A DNA stretch of 55,308 nucleotides from Acidobacteriota bacterium (GTDB taxonomy: Bacteria; Acidobacteriota; Thermoanaerobaculia; UBA2201). Of the stretch, positions 29,022 through 38,397 are shown one piece after another. The number at the start of each line of letters is the position of its first letter. Positions within the stretch are counted from its first letter, which is position 1. The DNA is taken from assembly GCA_037441225.1 (NCBI GenBank), contig JBBISU010000019.1, positions 1-55,308 of the forward strand. The letters run 5' to 3'. Below the pieces are notes generated by a model, which worked only from the letters and a program-made list of their open reading frames with translations, was not told the origin of the DNA and did no database searches. Position numbers and translations under genes: made by a program.

Positions 29022-29037
29022 TGCAAAATTTATGCCA
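29022..29037 (-). promoter_or_regulatory. Sigma-54 (-24/-12) promoter upstream of the TonB-dependent receptor gene
   Basis: Minus strand reads TGGCATaaattTTGCA. GG and GC have the canonical spacing of TGGCAC-N5-TTGCA. Lies about 90 nt upstream of the ATG at 28932, with SD aaggagg in between. Confidence 0.6.
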
Positions 29038-29100
29038 ATTAAGTATTATATCAAAATTTAATATTGAATAAAAATTATTTAAAAAATTAAACATTTTGTT

Positions 29101-30879
29101 TTAAAAATTAAAACGAATCACAAACCAACATCTCACTCTTATCCCATCTTTTATTGCTGGCTGAAATTTCCATTTCTGTGCTGCTTCTATCGAAACTTTA
29201 TCAAAACCTACATTAGATGGAGGAACTATTGAAATAATTTCTACTTTTTCTACCTCTCCTTTGTGATTTACAAGAGCTTTTAAAGTAACTTTTGCAGAAA
29301 GTTTCTTAATTTTTGCAATTGGAGGGGTTTCTGGATTGTATTGTTCAATTGGAACTGGTGCAATGTCTATCTGTTCCATTGGTATGAGGTCTCCTTCTTT
29401 AACTGTTGTCTTCTTTACATCAGTTGGAGTTGATTCTTCTGGTTTCTTTAATTCTTCTTTTGCAACTTCTACTGGTTTTTCCCCTTCAACAATTTTTTCT
29501 TGCTCTTTTTTTATTTCTTCCACTGGTTTTTGTGGGGGAATCTCTTCCTTTTTTTGTGGAATTTCTTCCTTTTTTTGTGTAATTTCTTCAGGTGGCTTTT
29601 GTTGCTCTATTTCTTTTTTCTTTTGTTCCATTTCCTTTAATTTTTCTTCTGTTTTCTTTTGTTCTTCTTTCTTTTTTTCTAATTCTTTTTGGGCTTCAGG
29701 ATTTTTTAAAGCTTCCTTTTGTAACCTTTCTAATTCTTCTTTTTGTTTCTGCCTTTCTTTTTCCAACTCTTCTAATTTTTTCTTATACTCTTCTTCTAAC
29801 TTTTTTATCTCCTCACTTTGATTTTGAACTTCAGGCATAGGGATTTCTTCTTTTTTTTGACCCTTAAATAAAAATATTGAAAATACAATTAAAAAAATAG
29901 CAATTATTGAAATACCAATAAAAATAAATGGGCTTTTCTTTTTTTTGGTTTCAATAATTTCTGGGACCTCTTTTTTCTCTGATATTTTAATCTCTGGTTC
30001 TTTTTTTGGGGGCTTGAGTATCTCTGTCAAATCAAGGGAATCCTCTTCCTTTAAAATTTTTTCTTCCCTATCAATTTCTTCTTTAAATAGTGAGTGCATA
30101 AAGAAAGCAAGGTTAAAAGTTGTTGGGCTGTAAGCTCCAGAATAAATTAATTTTCCCAATTCTTCTCTTAAATCTTTTATATGTTGAAACCTTTCGGAAG
30201 ATTTAAAACTTAAACCTTTTAATAAAATTACCTGCAAATCCTTAGGTATAGGACCTTCTCCAATAATTGGTGTTTTTACGACAGCTTGAATCACTTCATC
30301 TTCATTTTTCCCAAAAGGAAGTTGCTTTCCAGTTAATAGTTCAAAAAACAATGCGGCAGTTGAATAAACCTGATCAGTTCTACCCCAGTCATCACCTTGT
30401 AATACTTGAGGAGACAAATGATTGGAAATTTCTTCTAACTTTATCTTTTGAAAAACCCTGGGAATTGGAATTGGAGAACACTTAACTTCACCATCAAAGG
30501 TAAGCCAAATAAAAAAGGGATGGGGAAAGCCATATTTATATAAATCAAAGGCAGAGGTAGTCCTTTCAACTATGAGTAAGCTTTGGTCAAGAGAAAGGGG
30601 AAAATTTTCTTTTTTGCATTTTTTTAAAACTTCGGAAAGGGGGAATCCAGATATGTAAGGATGCCCCACAAGGGTAAAATCCTTTCCTTGTTCTTTATAA
30701 ATAATGTCAAATATTGCTATATGTTGTGGATTCTCATCAGGAATTTTAAAAGAAAAAGGCAATTCATAAGAGATAATTCTTTCTTTTAAATCCTTCTCAA
30801 ATTTAAAAGCTCTATGGATTCTACCAAAAGGTGAAGAAGAAATTTCAAAAAGAGATACAATATTTCCGATTTTTTTCAT
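29101..30879 (-). CDS. Pseudokinase-like cytoplasmic domain + TM + K/E-rich spacer + TonB C-terminal domain
   Basis: The N-terminal ~300 aa carry kinase C-lobe-like strings (HLSPQVLQGDDWGRTDQVYSTAALFFELLTGKQLPFG; SERFQHIKDLREEL) but no GxGxxG, VAIK, HRD or DFG. TM segment is SPFIFIGISIIAIFLIVFSIFLF. A ~150-aa K/E-rich spacer contains KKEEIPQ repeats. The C-terminus (VTLKALVNHKGEVEKVEII..FDKVSIEAAQKWKFQPA..G) is TonB_C-like. Confidence 0.7.
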   Translation of the reverse strand: MKKIGNIVSLFEISSSPFGRIHRAFKFEKDLKERIISYELPFSFKIPDENPQHIAIFDIIYKEQGKDFTLVGHPYISGFPLSEVLKKCKKENFPLSLDQSLLIVERTTSAFDLYKYGFPHPFFIWLTFDGEVKCSPIPIPRVFQKIKLEEISNHLSPQVLQGDDWGRTDQVYSTAALFFELLTGKQLPFGKNEDEVIQAVVKTPIIGEGPIPKDLQVILLKGLSFKSSERFQHIKDLREELGKLIYSGAYSPTTFNLAFFMHSLFKEEIDREEKILKEEDSLDLTEILKPPKKEPEIKISEKKEVPEIIETKKKKSPFIFIGISIIAIFLIVFSIFLFKGQKKEEIPMPEVQNQSEEIKKLEEEYKKKLEELEKERQKQKEELERLQKEALKNPEAQKELEKKKEEQKKTEEKLKEMEQKKKEIEQQKPPEEITQKKEEIPQKKEEIPPQKPVEEIKKEQEKIVEGEKPVEVAKEELKKPEESTPTDVKKTTVKEGDLIPMEQIDIAPVPIEQYNPETPPIAKIKKLSAKVTLKALVNHKGEVEKVEIISIVPPSNVGFDKVSIEAAQKWKFQPAIKDGIRVRCWFVIRFNF

Positions 30880-31080
30880 ATTTTAATTTTAAAACCAAAA
30901 CAATTTTTTGTCAAGAAAATTCACTTAAGATTTTTGATTATGCAAAATTTTTTTTAGGAAAAAAAAGATAATCTTTAACAAAAGATATGAAAATATTATG
31001 GCAATCAAAAAACCAAAAAATATAAAAAGGACTAATTTAATTCCAGCTAAGATTTTCATTTTTTTATTATACCAAATTTT

Positions 31081-33180
31081 ATGATAAAATTTACCTTAAT
31101 GAAAGTTTGCCTTTTTTTACTAGTACTACTCCATATTTTCTATTTTTCCCCTTATTATTTTTCGGAAAAGCTTTTAATTCAAGAAGATCTCTTAGAATTA
31201 ATAATTCCATTAAAATTTGAAGCAGCTTTAATGTGGAAAAAAGGAATAGCTCCTTTTTGGGACGAAAAAATTTCAAATGGTTTTCCCCTTTTATCAAATC
31301 CTCACTCAACATCCCTTTATCCTTTTCTTTTACCTTTAATTTTGTTTCCAAGCTTTAAAACTTTTACCTTTTTGTGTCTTTTTCATCATTTATCATTTTT
31401 AATTGGGTGTTTTTTATTTGCAAATTCACTTTTAAAAAACCCTTACTTAAGTTTATTTCTTTCAAATTTTATTTCCTACAATGGAATTATCATTAGAAAT
31501 TTTTCCTTTTGCAATCCTATTTTGGGCATAATGCACCTCCCTTGGACACTTTTTTTCTTTTATAAATATCTTAAAAATAATAAAAAAATAAATTTGATTT
31601 TAGCTTCTATCTTTTTTTCATTTTCCATCCTTGCAGGTTTTGATTTAGCACCCTTCATTTTTTCTTTTTCCCTTTTAATTCTAACAGTTTTTTTAAATTA
31701 CAAAAGAATAATACCTTTATTAATTTGTATCCTTTTAGCTTTTCTTCTATCTGCACCCCAAACAATTCCCACTCTTTTATACCTACCTCATACAACAAGG
31801 GGAAGTGAACAAACTACCACTTTTGGTTTTTTTTCCTTACATCCCTTTAGATTAATTGATATTTTTATCCCAAATTTTAATTGTAATCACTCTTTTTTTT
31901 CTAAGGATTATTTATGGGCAACAATTTTATATGATAAAGAAATGGGCTTATACCATAAGATTTATTTTGGTATGGTTAACATCTTATTTCTATTTTCAAT
32001 AAGACCTTTGAAAAAAAGATGGCTGTTTTTTATTATTTCAATAATTTTTTTATTATTAGCTTTTGGCAGATATTTTCCTCTTCATTTTTTAATTTCAAAA
32101 TTGCCAATAATTTCATATATAAGATACCCAGAAAAGTTTCTTTTTTTTCTCCTCATTTTTCTTTTTCTTTTTTTCACCTTTGCTTTAAAAGACTACAAAA
32201 AAATCTCTCTTCTGCCAACTATTTTTTTATCATCACTAATTTTTCTTATAATATTCTTAAACAAATTAACAAATTCAAATTTAATAAAAAGCTATGTTTA
32301 TTTTAGTGCCTTTCACCCAAAAGATTCTCAAATTCCTTTAAGTGAATTTTTTATAAAAATTTCTTTTTTAATTTCCTTTTTTCTTTTTCTTTTCTTCATC
32401 TTTTTTAGAAAAAGTAAAATATTTCTCCCTCTTTTAGTGATAATTTCTTTTTTTGATTTGTACATTAATACGAATTATATTTTAACTCCTTTTTCAAAAA
32501 AAAATTTTTTTTCTCCAGTTTTAAAGATTTTAAAATCCTCTCAAAATGTTAGAGTAATGTGGCATTATGAAGATATTAAAAAATTTTATTTTATAAATGA
32601 ACAAATTTCTTATTTAAACATTAAATCTTTATATCCACATATTGGAATTTTATTTGGAATATCTTATTCTTTTTCTTCTTTAATTGATCAAATGGAAGTA
32701 AAAATGCCTTCGATAATTAAAAAAGAAGATTTAGATTTATGGGGTGTAAGCCATATAATTGCCTTAGGAAAAAAAACAATAAAGGGGAAAAAGCCAGTTT
32801 ATTTATCAAAGGAATTTTCAGTTACTTTATATAATGATAACCCAACTTATTTATGGTTCATAAATGAAAAAGACAAAACAAAAATACCATTGAAAATTCC
32901 AAAAATTAAAAATCCTTCTCATATTAAAATAGAAGTTGAAAATAAAGAAAAAGGAATTCTTTGGTTTGGTTTTAATAATATTCCTGGCTGGAAGGTCTAT
33001 GTAAATAATAAAAAAAGAGAAATAGCTAATAAGGATTTAAAGGCTTTAAATGTATTCCTTGATCCAGGAAAAAACAAAGTAGAATTCATTTATAGACCAG
33101 CTGGATTTTTCATTGCTATGACATTATTTTTCTTTGGACTTTTATTGATTCTAATAATTTTCACTTTTAATTTCCTTTAA
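31081..33180 (+). CDS. YfhO-like polytopic membrane protein (putative glycosyltransferase)
   Basis: 699 aa with many TM segments. N-terminal ..WKKGIAPFWDEKISNGFPLLSNPHSTSLYPF and C-terminal GWKVYVNNKKREI..FLDPGKNKVEFIYRPAGF resemble the YfhO family. Confidence 0.55.
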   Translation: MIKFTLMKVCLFLLVLLHIFYFSPYYFSEKLLIQEDLLELIIPLKFEAALMWKKGIAPFWDEKISNGFPLLSNPHSTSLYPFLLPLILFPSFKTFTFLCLFHHLSFLIGCFLFANSLLKNPYLSLFLSNFISYNGIIIRNFSFCNPILGIMHLPWTLFFFYKYLKNNKKINLILASIFFSFSILAGFDLAPFIFSFSLLILTVFLNYKRIIPLLICILLAFLLSAPQTIPTLLYLPHTTRGSEQTTTFGFFSLHPFRLIDIFIPNFNCNHSFFSKDYLWATILYDKEMGLYHKIYFGMVNILFLFSIRPLKKRWLFFIISIIFLLLAFGRYFPLHFLISKLPIISYIRYPEKFLFFLLIFLFLFFTFALKDYKKISLLPTIFLSSLIFLIIFLNKLTNSNLIKSYVYFSAFHPKDSQIPLSEFFIKISFLISFFLFLFFIFFRKSKIFLPLLVIISFFDLYINTNYILTPFSKKNFFSPVLKILKSSQNVRVMWHYEDIKKFYFINEQISYLNIKSLYPHIGILFGISYSFSSLIDQMEVKMPSIIKKEDLDLWGVSHIIALGKKTIKGKKPVYLSKEFSVTLYNDNPTYLWFINEKDKTKIPLKIPKIKNPSHIKIEVENKEKGILWFGFNNIPGWKVYVNNKKREIANKDLKALNVFLDPGKNKVEFIYRPAGFFIAMTLFFFGLLLILIIFTFNFL

Positions 33181-33348
33181 ATTCAATTATTTTTTTATTA
33201 TTATTTATACTAATTGATTTTTATTAAGAATTTATTTTATTATTTGCAAGAAATATAAACTCCAAATATAGTTTTCTTTTGGGTCTTTTAAAACATTTAG
33301 CAAGCCATCCATCTAATTATTTTATTACAATTTTTCCCTCTTAAAAAA

Positions 33349-34176
33349 TTAAATTTCTCTTAATAATTTAAAAGGGACTTTTCCTTTTAAAGCCCTAAAA
33401 AAAATACCAAAAAACATTATAATTTTATAAATCAAAACTCTTTTATTTCTTTTTTTAAAATATTTTAAAGCATTTTTCATATAAACCTTAAAAAATTCTT
33501 CCCTTCCCATTTTTTCTGCTGATAAGCCAATTTTATGTTTAATTTTTAAATCAGGCAAACAAATTATCTTATATCCCTTTTCTTTAATCCTAAAACACAA
33601 ATCCACATCTTCAAAATATAATGGATAAAAATCTTCATCAAACTTCCCAATTTCAAAAAATTTTTCTTTATCAATTAAAATTGCTGCACCTGCTGGCTGC
33701 TCCACTTCAAAAGGTTTGGTTGGCAGTGGCTCATAAAAATATTTTTTTGTGATAAAAAAATTTGGGAAAAAATGGGAAAAACCTAAAAAATCATAAGAAA
33801 AATAAAAAAAGTTTGGAAGTTTCCTTAGTTGAAAATTCTTATGGGGAACCATTAAAGGACAGGTAGCAATTGTTTTTTCATTAAAATAATTTAAAAGTTT
33901 ATCCAATGGTTCTATAAATTCAACATCAGGATTTAAGAAAAACAAATATTTTCCTTCTGCAAAATTAGAACCAAAATTTATCCCTCCTCCATAACCAAGA
34001 TTTTTGCCGGGATTTAAATATTTAATATTTTGATTTTCAAAAAATTCTTTTTCATTAGAGTTATCAACTACGATTATTTCAAAATCCTCAAAGACCTTTA
34101 CTGAATTTGCTGATTTTATCAGATTTAATGTTTCTTTTTTTGAAAAATAGTTTACAATAATTAAAGAGACCTTCAT
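33349..34176 (-). CDS. Glycosyltransferase family 2
   Basis: VSLIIVNYFS..VVDNSN.., GYGGGINFG and YFEDVDLCFR motifs. Confidence 0.8.
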   Translation of the reverse strand: MKVSLIIVNYFSKKETLNLIKSANSVKVFEDFEIIVVDNSNEKEFFENQNIKYLNPGKNLGYGGGINFGSNFAEGKYLFFLNPDVEFIEPLDKLLNYFNEKTIATCPLMVPHKNFQLRKLPNFFYFSYDFLGFSHFFPNFFITKKYFYEPLPTKPFEVEQPAGAAILIDKEKFFEIGKFDEDFYPLYFEDVDLCFRIKEKGYKIICLPDLKIKHKIGLSAEKMGREEFFKVYMKNALKYFKKRNKRVLIYKIIMFFGIFFRALKGKVPFKLLREI

Positions 34177-34946
34177 ATCAATCTTAAAAAAATAAAAGGA
34201 TAGAAAAACAAAAAATGGGGGTTTTTCTTTAAAATTTTTATATCACCTCTTAAAATTTTTAATAAGTTTTTTAAATAAAATTTTTTCCCAAAATTTTTAA
34301 TAATTGTAAAATGCTTATTTTTAAATAAATAAAATTCTTTTCTTAAAACCTTTGAAGAGGAACTTTCTTTATGGATTGCAAAAACACTTTCAATTGCCTT
34401 TAATTTAAAGCCATTTTTTATGAGGCGCAAAGAAAAGTCCACATCTTCATAATAAGAAAAAAAATCTTCATCTAATAGCCCTGTCTTATCTATTGCTTCT
34501 TTCAAGAGAATTATTGCTGTAAAATTTAACAAGTTACCTTCATTAAAATAAGGTACTTCAACTGCTTCAAAAAATTTATTAAACTCAATTGATCCAACTT
34601 GAATTGAACCATCTTCTCTTTTTATAAAAGAAGAACAAGCGCCAAGTTTTTCATCTCTTTCAAATTCTTCAATTATTCTTTCAGCCCAATTAGGAGGCAG
34701 GAGAACATCATCATTTATAAAAGCCAGATATTTTGTCCGTGAATTAATAATTCCTAAATTCATTGCTTTAGCATAACCAAAATTTTTCACTAAATAAATT
34801 GACCTTATATTTTCAAACTTTTCACATCTTACACCATTTTGAATTAATATAATTTCAAAGGGTTTTATGCTTTGATTTAAAATTGAACCAATTGTTTCCT
34901 TTAAATTTCCAAAGCCACAGGTTGGTATAATATATGTAATTTCCAT
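34173..34946 (-). CDS. Glycosyltransferase family 2
   Basis: ITYIIPTCG..ILNQS.., AFINDDV and YYEDVDFSLR. 4-nt overlap with the downstream GT2 gene. Confidence 0.75.
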   Translation of the reverse strand: MEITYIIPTCGFGNLKETIGSILNQSIKPFEIILIQNGVRCEKFENIRSIYLVKNFGYAKAMNLGIINSRTKYLAFINDDVLLPPNWAERIIEEFERDEKLGACSSFIKREDGSIQVGSIEFNKFFEAVEVPYFNEGNLLNFTAIILLKEAIDKTGLLDEDFFSYYEDVDFSLRLIKNGFKLKAIESVFAIHKESSSSKVLRKEFYLFKNKHFTIIKNFGKKFYLKNLLKILRGDIKILKKNPHFLFFYPFIFLRLI

Positions 34947-34968
34947 CTAAATATGTTAACATAATAAG

Positions 34969-37197
34969 ATGTTTTTGGCATTTTTCATTTTTTATTTTTT
35001 CCCAGCTCTTTGCCTTTTGAATAATAAGAAAAGCAAAAATTTAATCTTTTACCTTTTAATTATAAGCCCCCTTATTACATCAATTCTTTCATTGCTTTTA
35101 TTATTCTTTAATCTCTTTGAATTTTGGCTTATCTTCTTTCTTGATTTAATTTTATCAATTTATGGTATATTTAAAAATAAATTTTTTAAAATTTCCTTTA
35201 AAAATATCTTATTCCCAATTTTAATTTCTATCATTGTTTTGCCATTCTTTTTAATTCAAGGCGAGCCCTTTGAAGGTGCATCAGATGCAGGTGTTTATAC
35301 TTCATCAGCCATAAATTTACTTGAAAGAGGAAGATATTATTTAAATTTTGATGAACATCTTCCAAAAGAATTTGAAGAAATTTCAATTAAAGATACAAAT
35401 TATCAATATAATTGGAAAGAGACATACCCGGGTATTATTTTCTTAAAAAACAAATTTGTCCCCCAGTTTTTCCCCCTTTACTCAATCCATCTATCAATTT
35501 TTTATAAAATTTTTAATTTAAAGGGCTTTCTTTTTTGTAATTTTTGGTTTTTCTTCTTATCTCTTTTTGTTTTTTATAAACTATTAAATTTATTTCTGTT
35601 AGAATTTTACTCAAAAATTTCAGCAATTTTATTTTCTTTAAATCCTGGTTTAATTTATTTTATAAAATACCCAACAGCAGAAATTTTTTTATCTTTTTTA
35701 ACTTTGAGTTTCTTCTTATTTTTCTTTTTTGCATTAAAAACAAATAAAGATTTTTTCTTTATTTTATCTTCCCTTTCCCTTTCCCTTGCCCTTACAACAA
35801 AATTTTTATCTTACTTTTTGCTTGCTGGAATTTTTTTGTTTTATTCCTTTTATGAAGAAAGAAAAAAAATCCATAAATTTTTAATCTATTTTTTATTTTC
35901 ATCAGTAATACCTTTAATTTCAATCTTTCTTTATAATTATCCCTATTTTTTAAATCATCTCCTGCCAATTGTAAGAATTAAATATATATTACTAATTATT
36001 TTATTTTCAACCTTATCTTTGATTTTAAAAAATTTTTCTTTTTCAAAAAAGCTTTTAAAAATTTTTCCTTTTTTCCTTTTGGCAATTTCAATTTGGGCAA
36101 CTTTTATCAGGCCAAATAAAATTGAAATTTTTGAAGAAAATAACTTGCTTGAATTCTCCTGGTATTTTGGAATAATTGCATTAAACTTATCTTTCCTTGG
36201 TGCATTTTTTTCATTCTTTAAAAAGAAAAATCTATTTTTTAATATAAATTATTATTTGTTTTTAATTTTAATAATCTTTGGAACAGGAGACAATCCTTTA
36301 CACCCCTTTTCTTTTAGAAGATATATTCCTTTATTTTTACCCCTATCTTCCTTTTATTTTTCTTTCTTTTTAAAAGATTTAAGAATAAAGAATATTTTTT
36401 CAATTTTGATTTTAATTTTATGCCTATTATTTCCTTTATATAAGGGAAAAAATTTGATTTTATCAAAAGAAGGGAAAGGTTTTTTGGGTTTATATTTTAA
36501 AGCAAAGGAAAAGGATTTCTTAGAAAACACACTCTGCACTGCCGATACTTTTTATCTATCTTCTCAATTAAATTTAGTTGGAAGCAAAAAGATTTATCCT
36601 TTGAATTTGGAAGATGAAAAAATCCTTAATAATTTCCAAAAATTTTTAAAAGATAAAGAAAAAATTTATCTCTTTTCTTCCTTAAAATATAATTTTCCAA
36701 AGATCTTTGAAATAGATGGAAAAATAAAGCATATTCAAATGGAAAGAAACAAAATGCCAGAAGAACCTATATATTTATATCCAAAATTTTTTCTTTATGA
36801 AATCAATATAGAAACTTTGAGGAATTATGAGTATATAAGAATTGGTGAAAATGATTTTGGTAAAATTTCAAATTTTTGGGATTTAGAATTTGATGGTGAA
36901 AAATACTTTAAATGGACAAAAAGGGAATGCTTTTTTTATTTAAAATTAAAAAATGAATTATATTTATTGATAGATAAAGGTGGGAATCCAGAAAAGGAAG
37001 TTCCTTTTAGGATTTATTTTGGAGAAAAAATAATTTTTGAAGGGTTTGCAAAAGCTGGCTGGAACTACTACAATTTTTCAATTCCAGAAGATTTAAAGGA
37101 AAAGGAAGTACTTTTAAAGTTTATAACTCACTCTTTTCAGCCATTTCCAGATACAAGGGAACTGGGTTTAAAAATCTCTGAAATTTTTAGTAATTAA
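34969..37197 (+). CDS. Large polytopic membrane protein, putative GT-C-fold (ArnT/PMT-like) glycosyltransferase
   Basis: 742 aa: about 14 hydrophobic segments, then a soluble C-terminal domain. The first loop (GEPFEGASDAGVYTSSAINLLERGRY) resembles GT-C enzymes. The assignment is tentative. Confidence 0.4.
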   Translation: MFLAFFIFYFFPALCLLNNKKSKNLIFYLLIISPLITSILSLLLLFFNLFEFWLIFFLDLILSIYGIFKNKFFKISFKNILFPILISIIVLPFFLIQGEPFEGASDAGVYTSSAINLLERGRYYLNFDEHLPKEFEEISIKDTNYQYNWKETYPGIIFLKNKFVPQFFPLYSIHLSIFYKIFNLKGFLFCNFWFFFLSLFVFYKLLNLFLLEFYSKISAILFSLNPGLIYFIKYPTAEIFLSFLTLSFFLFFFFALKTNKDFFFILSSLSLSLALTTKFLSYFLLAGIFLFYSFYEERKKIHKFLIYFLFSSVIPLISIFLYNYPYFLNHLLPIVRIKYILLIILFSTLSLILKNFSFSKKLLKIFPFFLLAISIWATFIRPNKIEIFEENNLLEFSWYFGIIALNLSFLGAFFSFFKKKNLFFNINYYLFLILIIFGTGDNPLHPFSFRRYIPLFLPLSSFYFSFFLKDLRIKNIFSILILILCLLFPLYKGKNLILSKEGKGFLGLYFKAKEKDFLENTLCTADTFYLSSQLNLVGSKKIYPLNLEDEKILNNFQKFLKDKEKIYLFSSLKYNFPKIFEIDGKIKHIQMERNKMPEEPIYLYPKFFLYEINIETLRNYEYIRIGENDFGKISNFWDLEFDGEKYFKWTKRECFFYLKLKNELYLLIDKGGNPEKEVPFRIYFGEKIIFEGFAKAGWNYYNFSIPEDLKEKEVLLKFITHSFQPFPDTRELGLKISEIFSN

Positions 37198-37223
37198 TAT
37201 ATTTTTATGTTAAAATAAATTAG

Positions 37224-38396
37224 ATGGTTTTATTTAACTATGCAACCAGAGAAGTAACAGCAAAAATTGTCTATTATGGTCCCGGACTTTGTGGGAAAAC
37301 TACAAATTTAAAATTCATATACGATTCCCTCCCATCAAATTCAAAATCTAAGATGATCTCTCTTGCAACAAATCAAGATAGGACATTATTTTTTGATTTT
37401 TTACCTTTGGAACTTGGAACAATTAAAGGTATGAATGTGCGCCTCCAATTATACACAGTGCCAGGGCAGGTCTATTATAATTCTACAAGGCAACTTGTCT
37501 TAAAAGGGGCAGATGGAGTTATTTTTGTTGCTGATTCACAAGAATTTATGGAGGATGCAAATATTGAATCCTGGAATAATTTGAAAGAAAATTTATTAGC
37601 CCATGGGATAATTTTGAAAAATTTTCCCCACATAATTCAATACAATAAAAGAGATCTTGCAAATATTTTACCTGTTGAATATTTGGATACTAAATTAAAC
37701 GAATATAAAGTTCCTTACTTTGAATCAATTGCAACAACTGGCTATAATGTAGAAGCAACATTGAAAGAGATGACAAAAATAGTTCTTCAAGATTTATTAA
37801 AGAAATATAATATTTCGCCACAGGATGCAATTTTGTCAGAAGAAATTATTTTAATCCCCCAAGAGGTTCAAAAAAAAGCAACAATAACAGTAGGAGGTTC
37901 TATTATGGGTATAGAAGATGAAACATTAAATTCACTATGGGAAAAGGAAGAAGAAAAAGAGACCTTTTCTTTTGAAGGAGAAGAATATGAATTTAAGGAA
38001 ATAAAACAAGAAGAAATTTCTTTTGAAGAAAAAGAACCTTTCCAGGATATTTTTGAAAAAAAAGAAGAAAAGTTACCTTTAGAAAAGCCCCTTGAAGAAG
38101 AAAAAGTTTTATTTGAAAAGCCAATTGAAGAAAAAGAATTGATAATTGGAAAAGATTTAATTGAAAGAAAGGAAGTTAGCCAACAAATTAAAACTGAAGA
38201 AAGTGAGTTAATAATTGAAAGAAATTCTGTTGAAGAACCAATTCCTTTATCCTTTGAAAAAATTGAAAAACAATTGAATATTCCAAAAGAAATTAGGCAA
38301 AAGGACATCTATATTACAATTTCTTTATCAAAAGAAGAGATTGAAAATATTGAAAACTTAGAATTAAATATAAAATTAAAAATAAAAGTAGAATAA
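37224..38396 (+). CDS. mglA: MglA-like Ras-superfamily GTPase with a ~195-aa acidic C-terminal extension
   Basis: The first ~195 aa align by eye along the full length of Myxococcus MglA: KIVYYGPGLCGKTTNL, DRTLFFDFLPL, LYTVPGQVYY, IQYNKRDL. They are followed by an E/K-rich tail (..EKPLEEEKVLFEKPIEEKE..). Confidence 0.85.
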   Translation: MVLFNYATREVTAKIVYYGPGLCGKTTNLKFIYDSLPSNSKSKMISLATNQDRTLFFDFLPLELGTIKGMNVRLQLYTVPGQVYYNSTRQLVLKGADGVIFVADSQEFMEDANIESWNNLKENLLAHGIILKNFPHIIQYNKRDLANILPVEYLDTKLNEYKVPYFESIATTGYNVEATLKEMTKIVLQDLLKKYNISPQDAILSEEIILIPQEVQKKATITVGGSIMGIEDETLNSLWEKEEEKETFSFEGEEYEFKEIKQEEISFEEKEPFQDIFEKKEEKLPLEKPLEEEKVLFEKPIEEKELIIGKDLIERKEVSQQIKTEESELIIERNSVEEPIPLSFEKIEKQLNIPKEIRQKDIYITISLSKEEIENIENLELNIKLKIKVE

Positions 38397-38397
38397 T

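Noticed and set aside
29336-29840. 161-aa and 82-aa plus-strand ORFs (and likewise 37868..38308 on the minus strand)
   Set aside because: They are antisense shadows of K/E-rich low-complexity coding sequence (the TonB spacer and the MglA tail). Their translations are S/F-rich low-complexity strings.
30925-31059. 44-aa hydrophobic minus-strand ORF (MKILAGIKLVLFIFFGFLIAIIFSYLLLKIIFFFLKKILHNQKS) in the divergent intergenic region
   Set aside because: In T-rich DNA, hydrophobic mini-ORFs arise by chance. There is no SD sequence and I can assess no conservation. It could still be a real small membrane protein upstream of the tonB-like gene.
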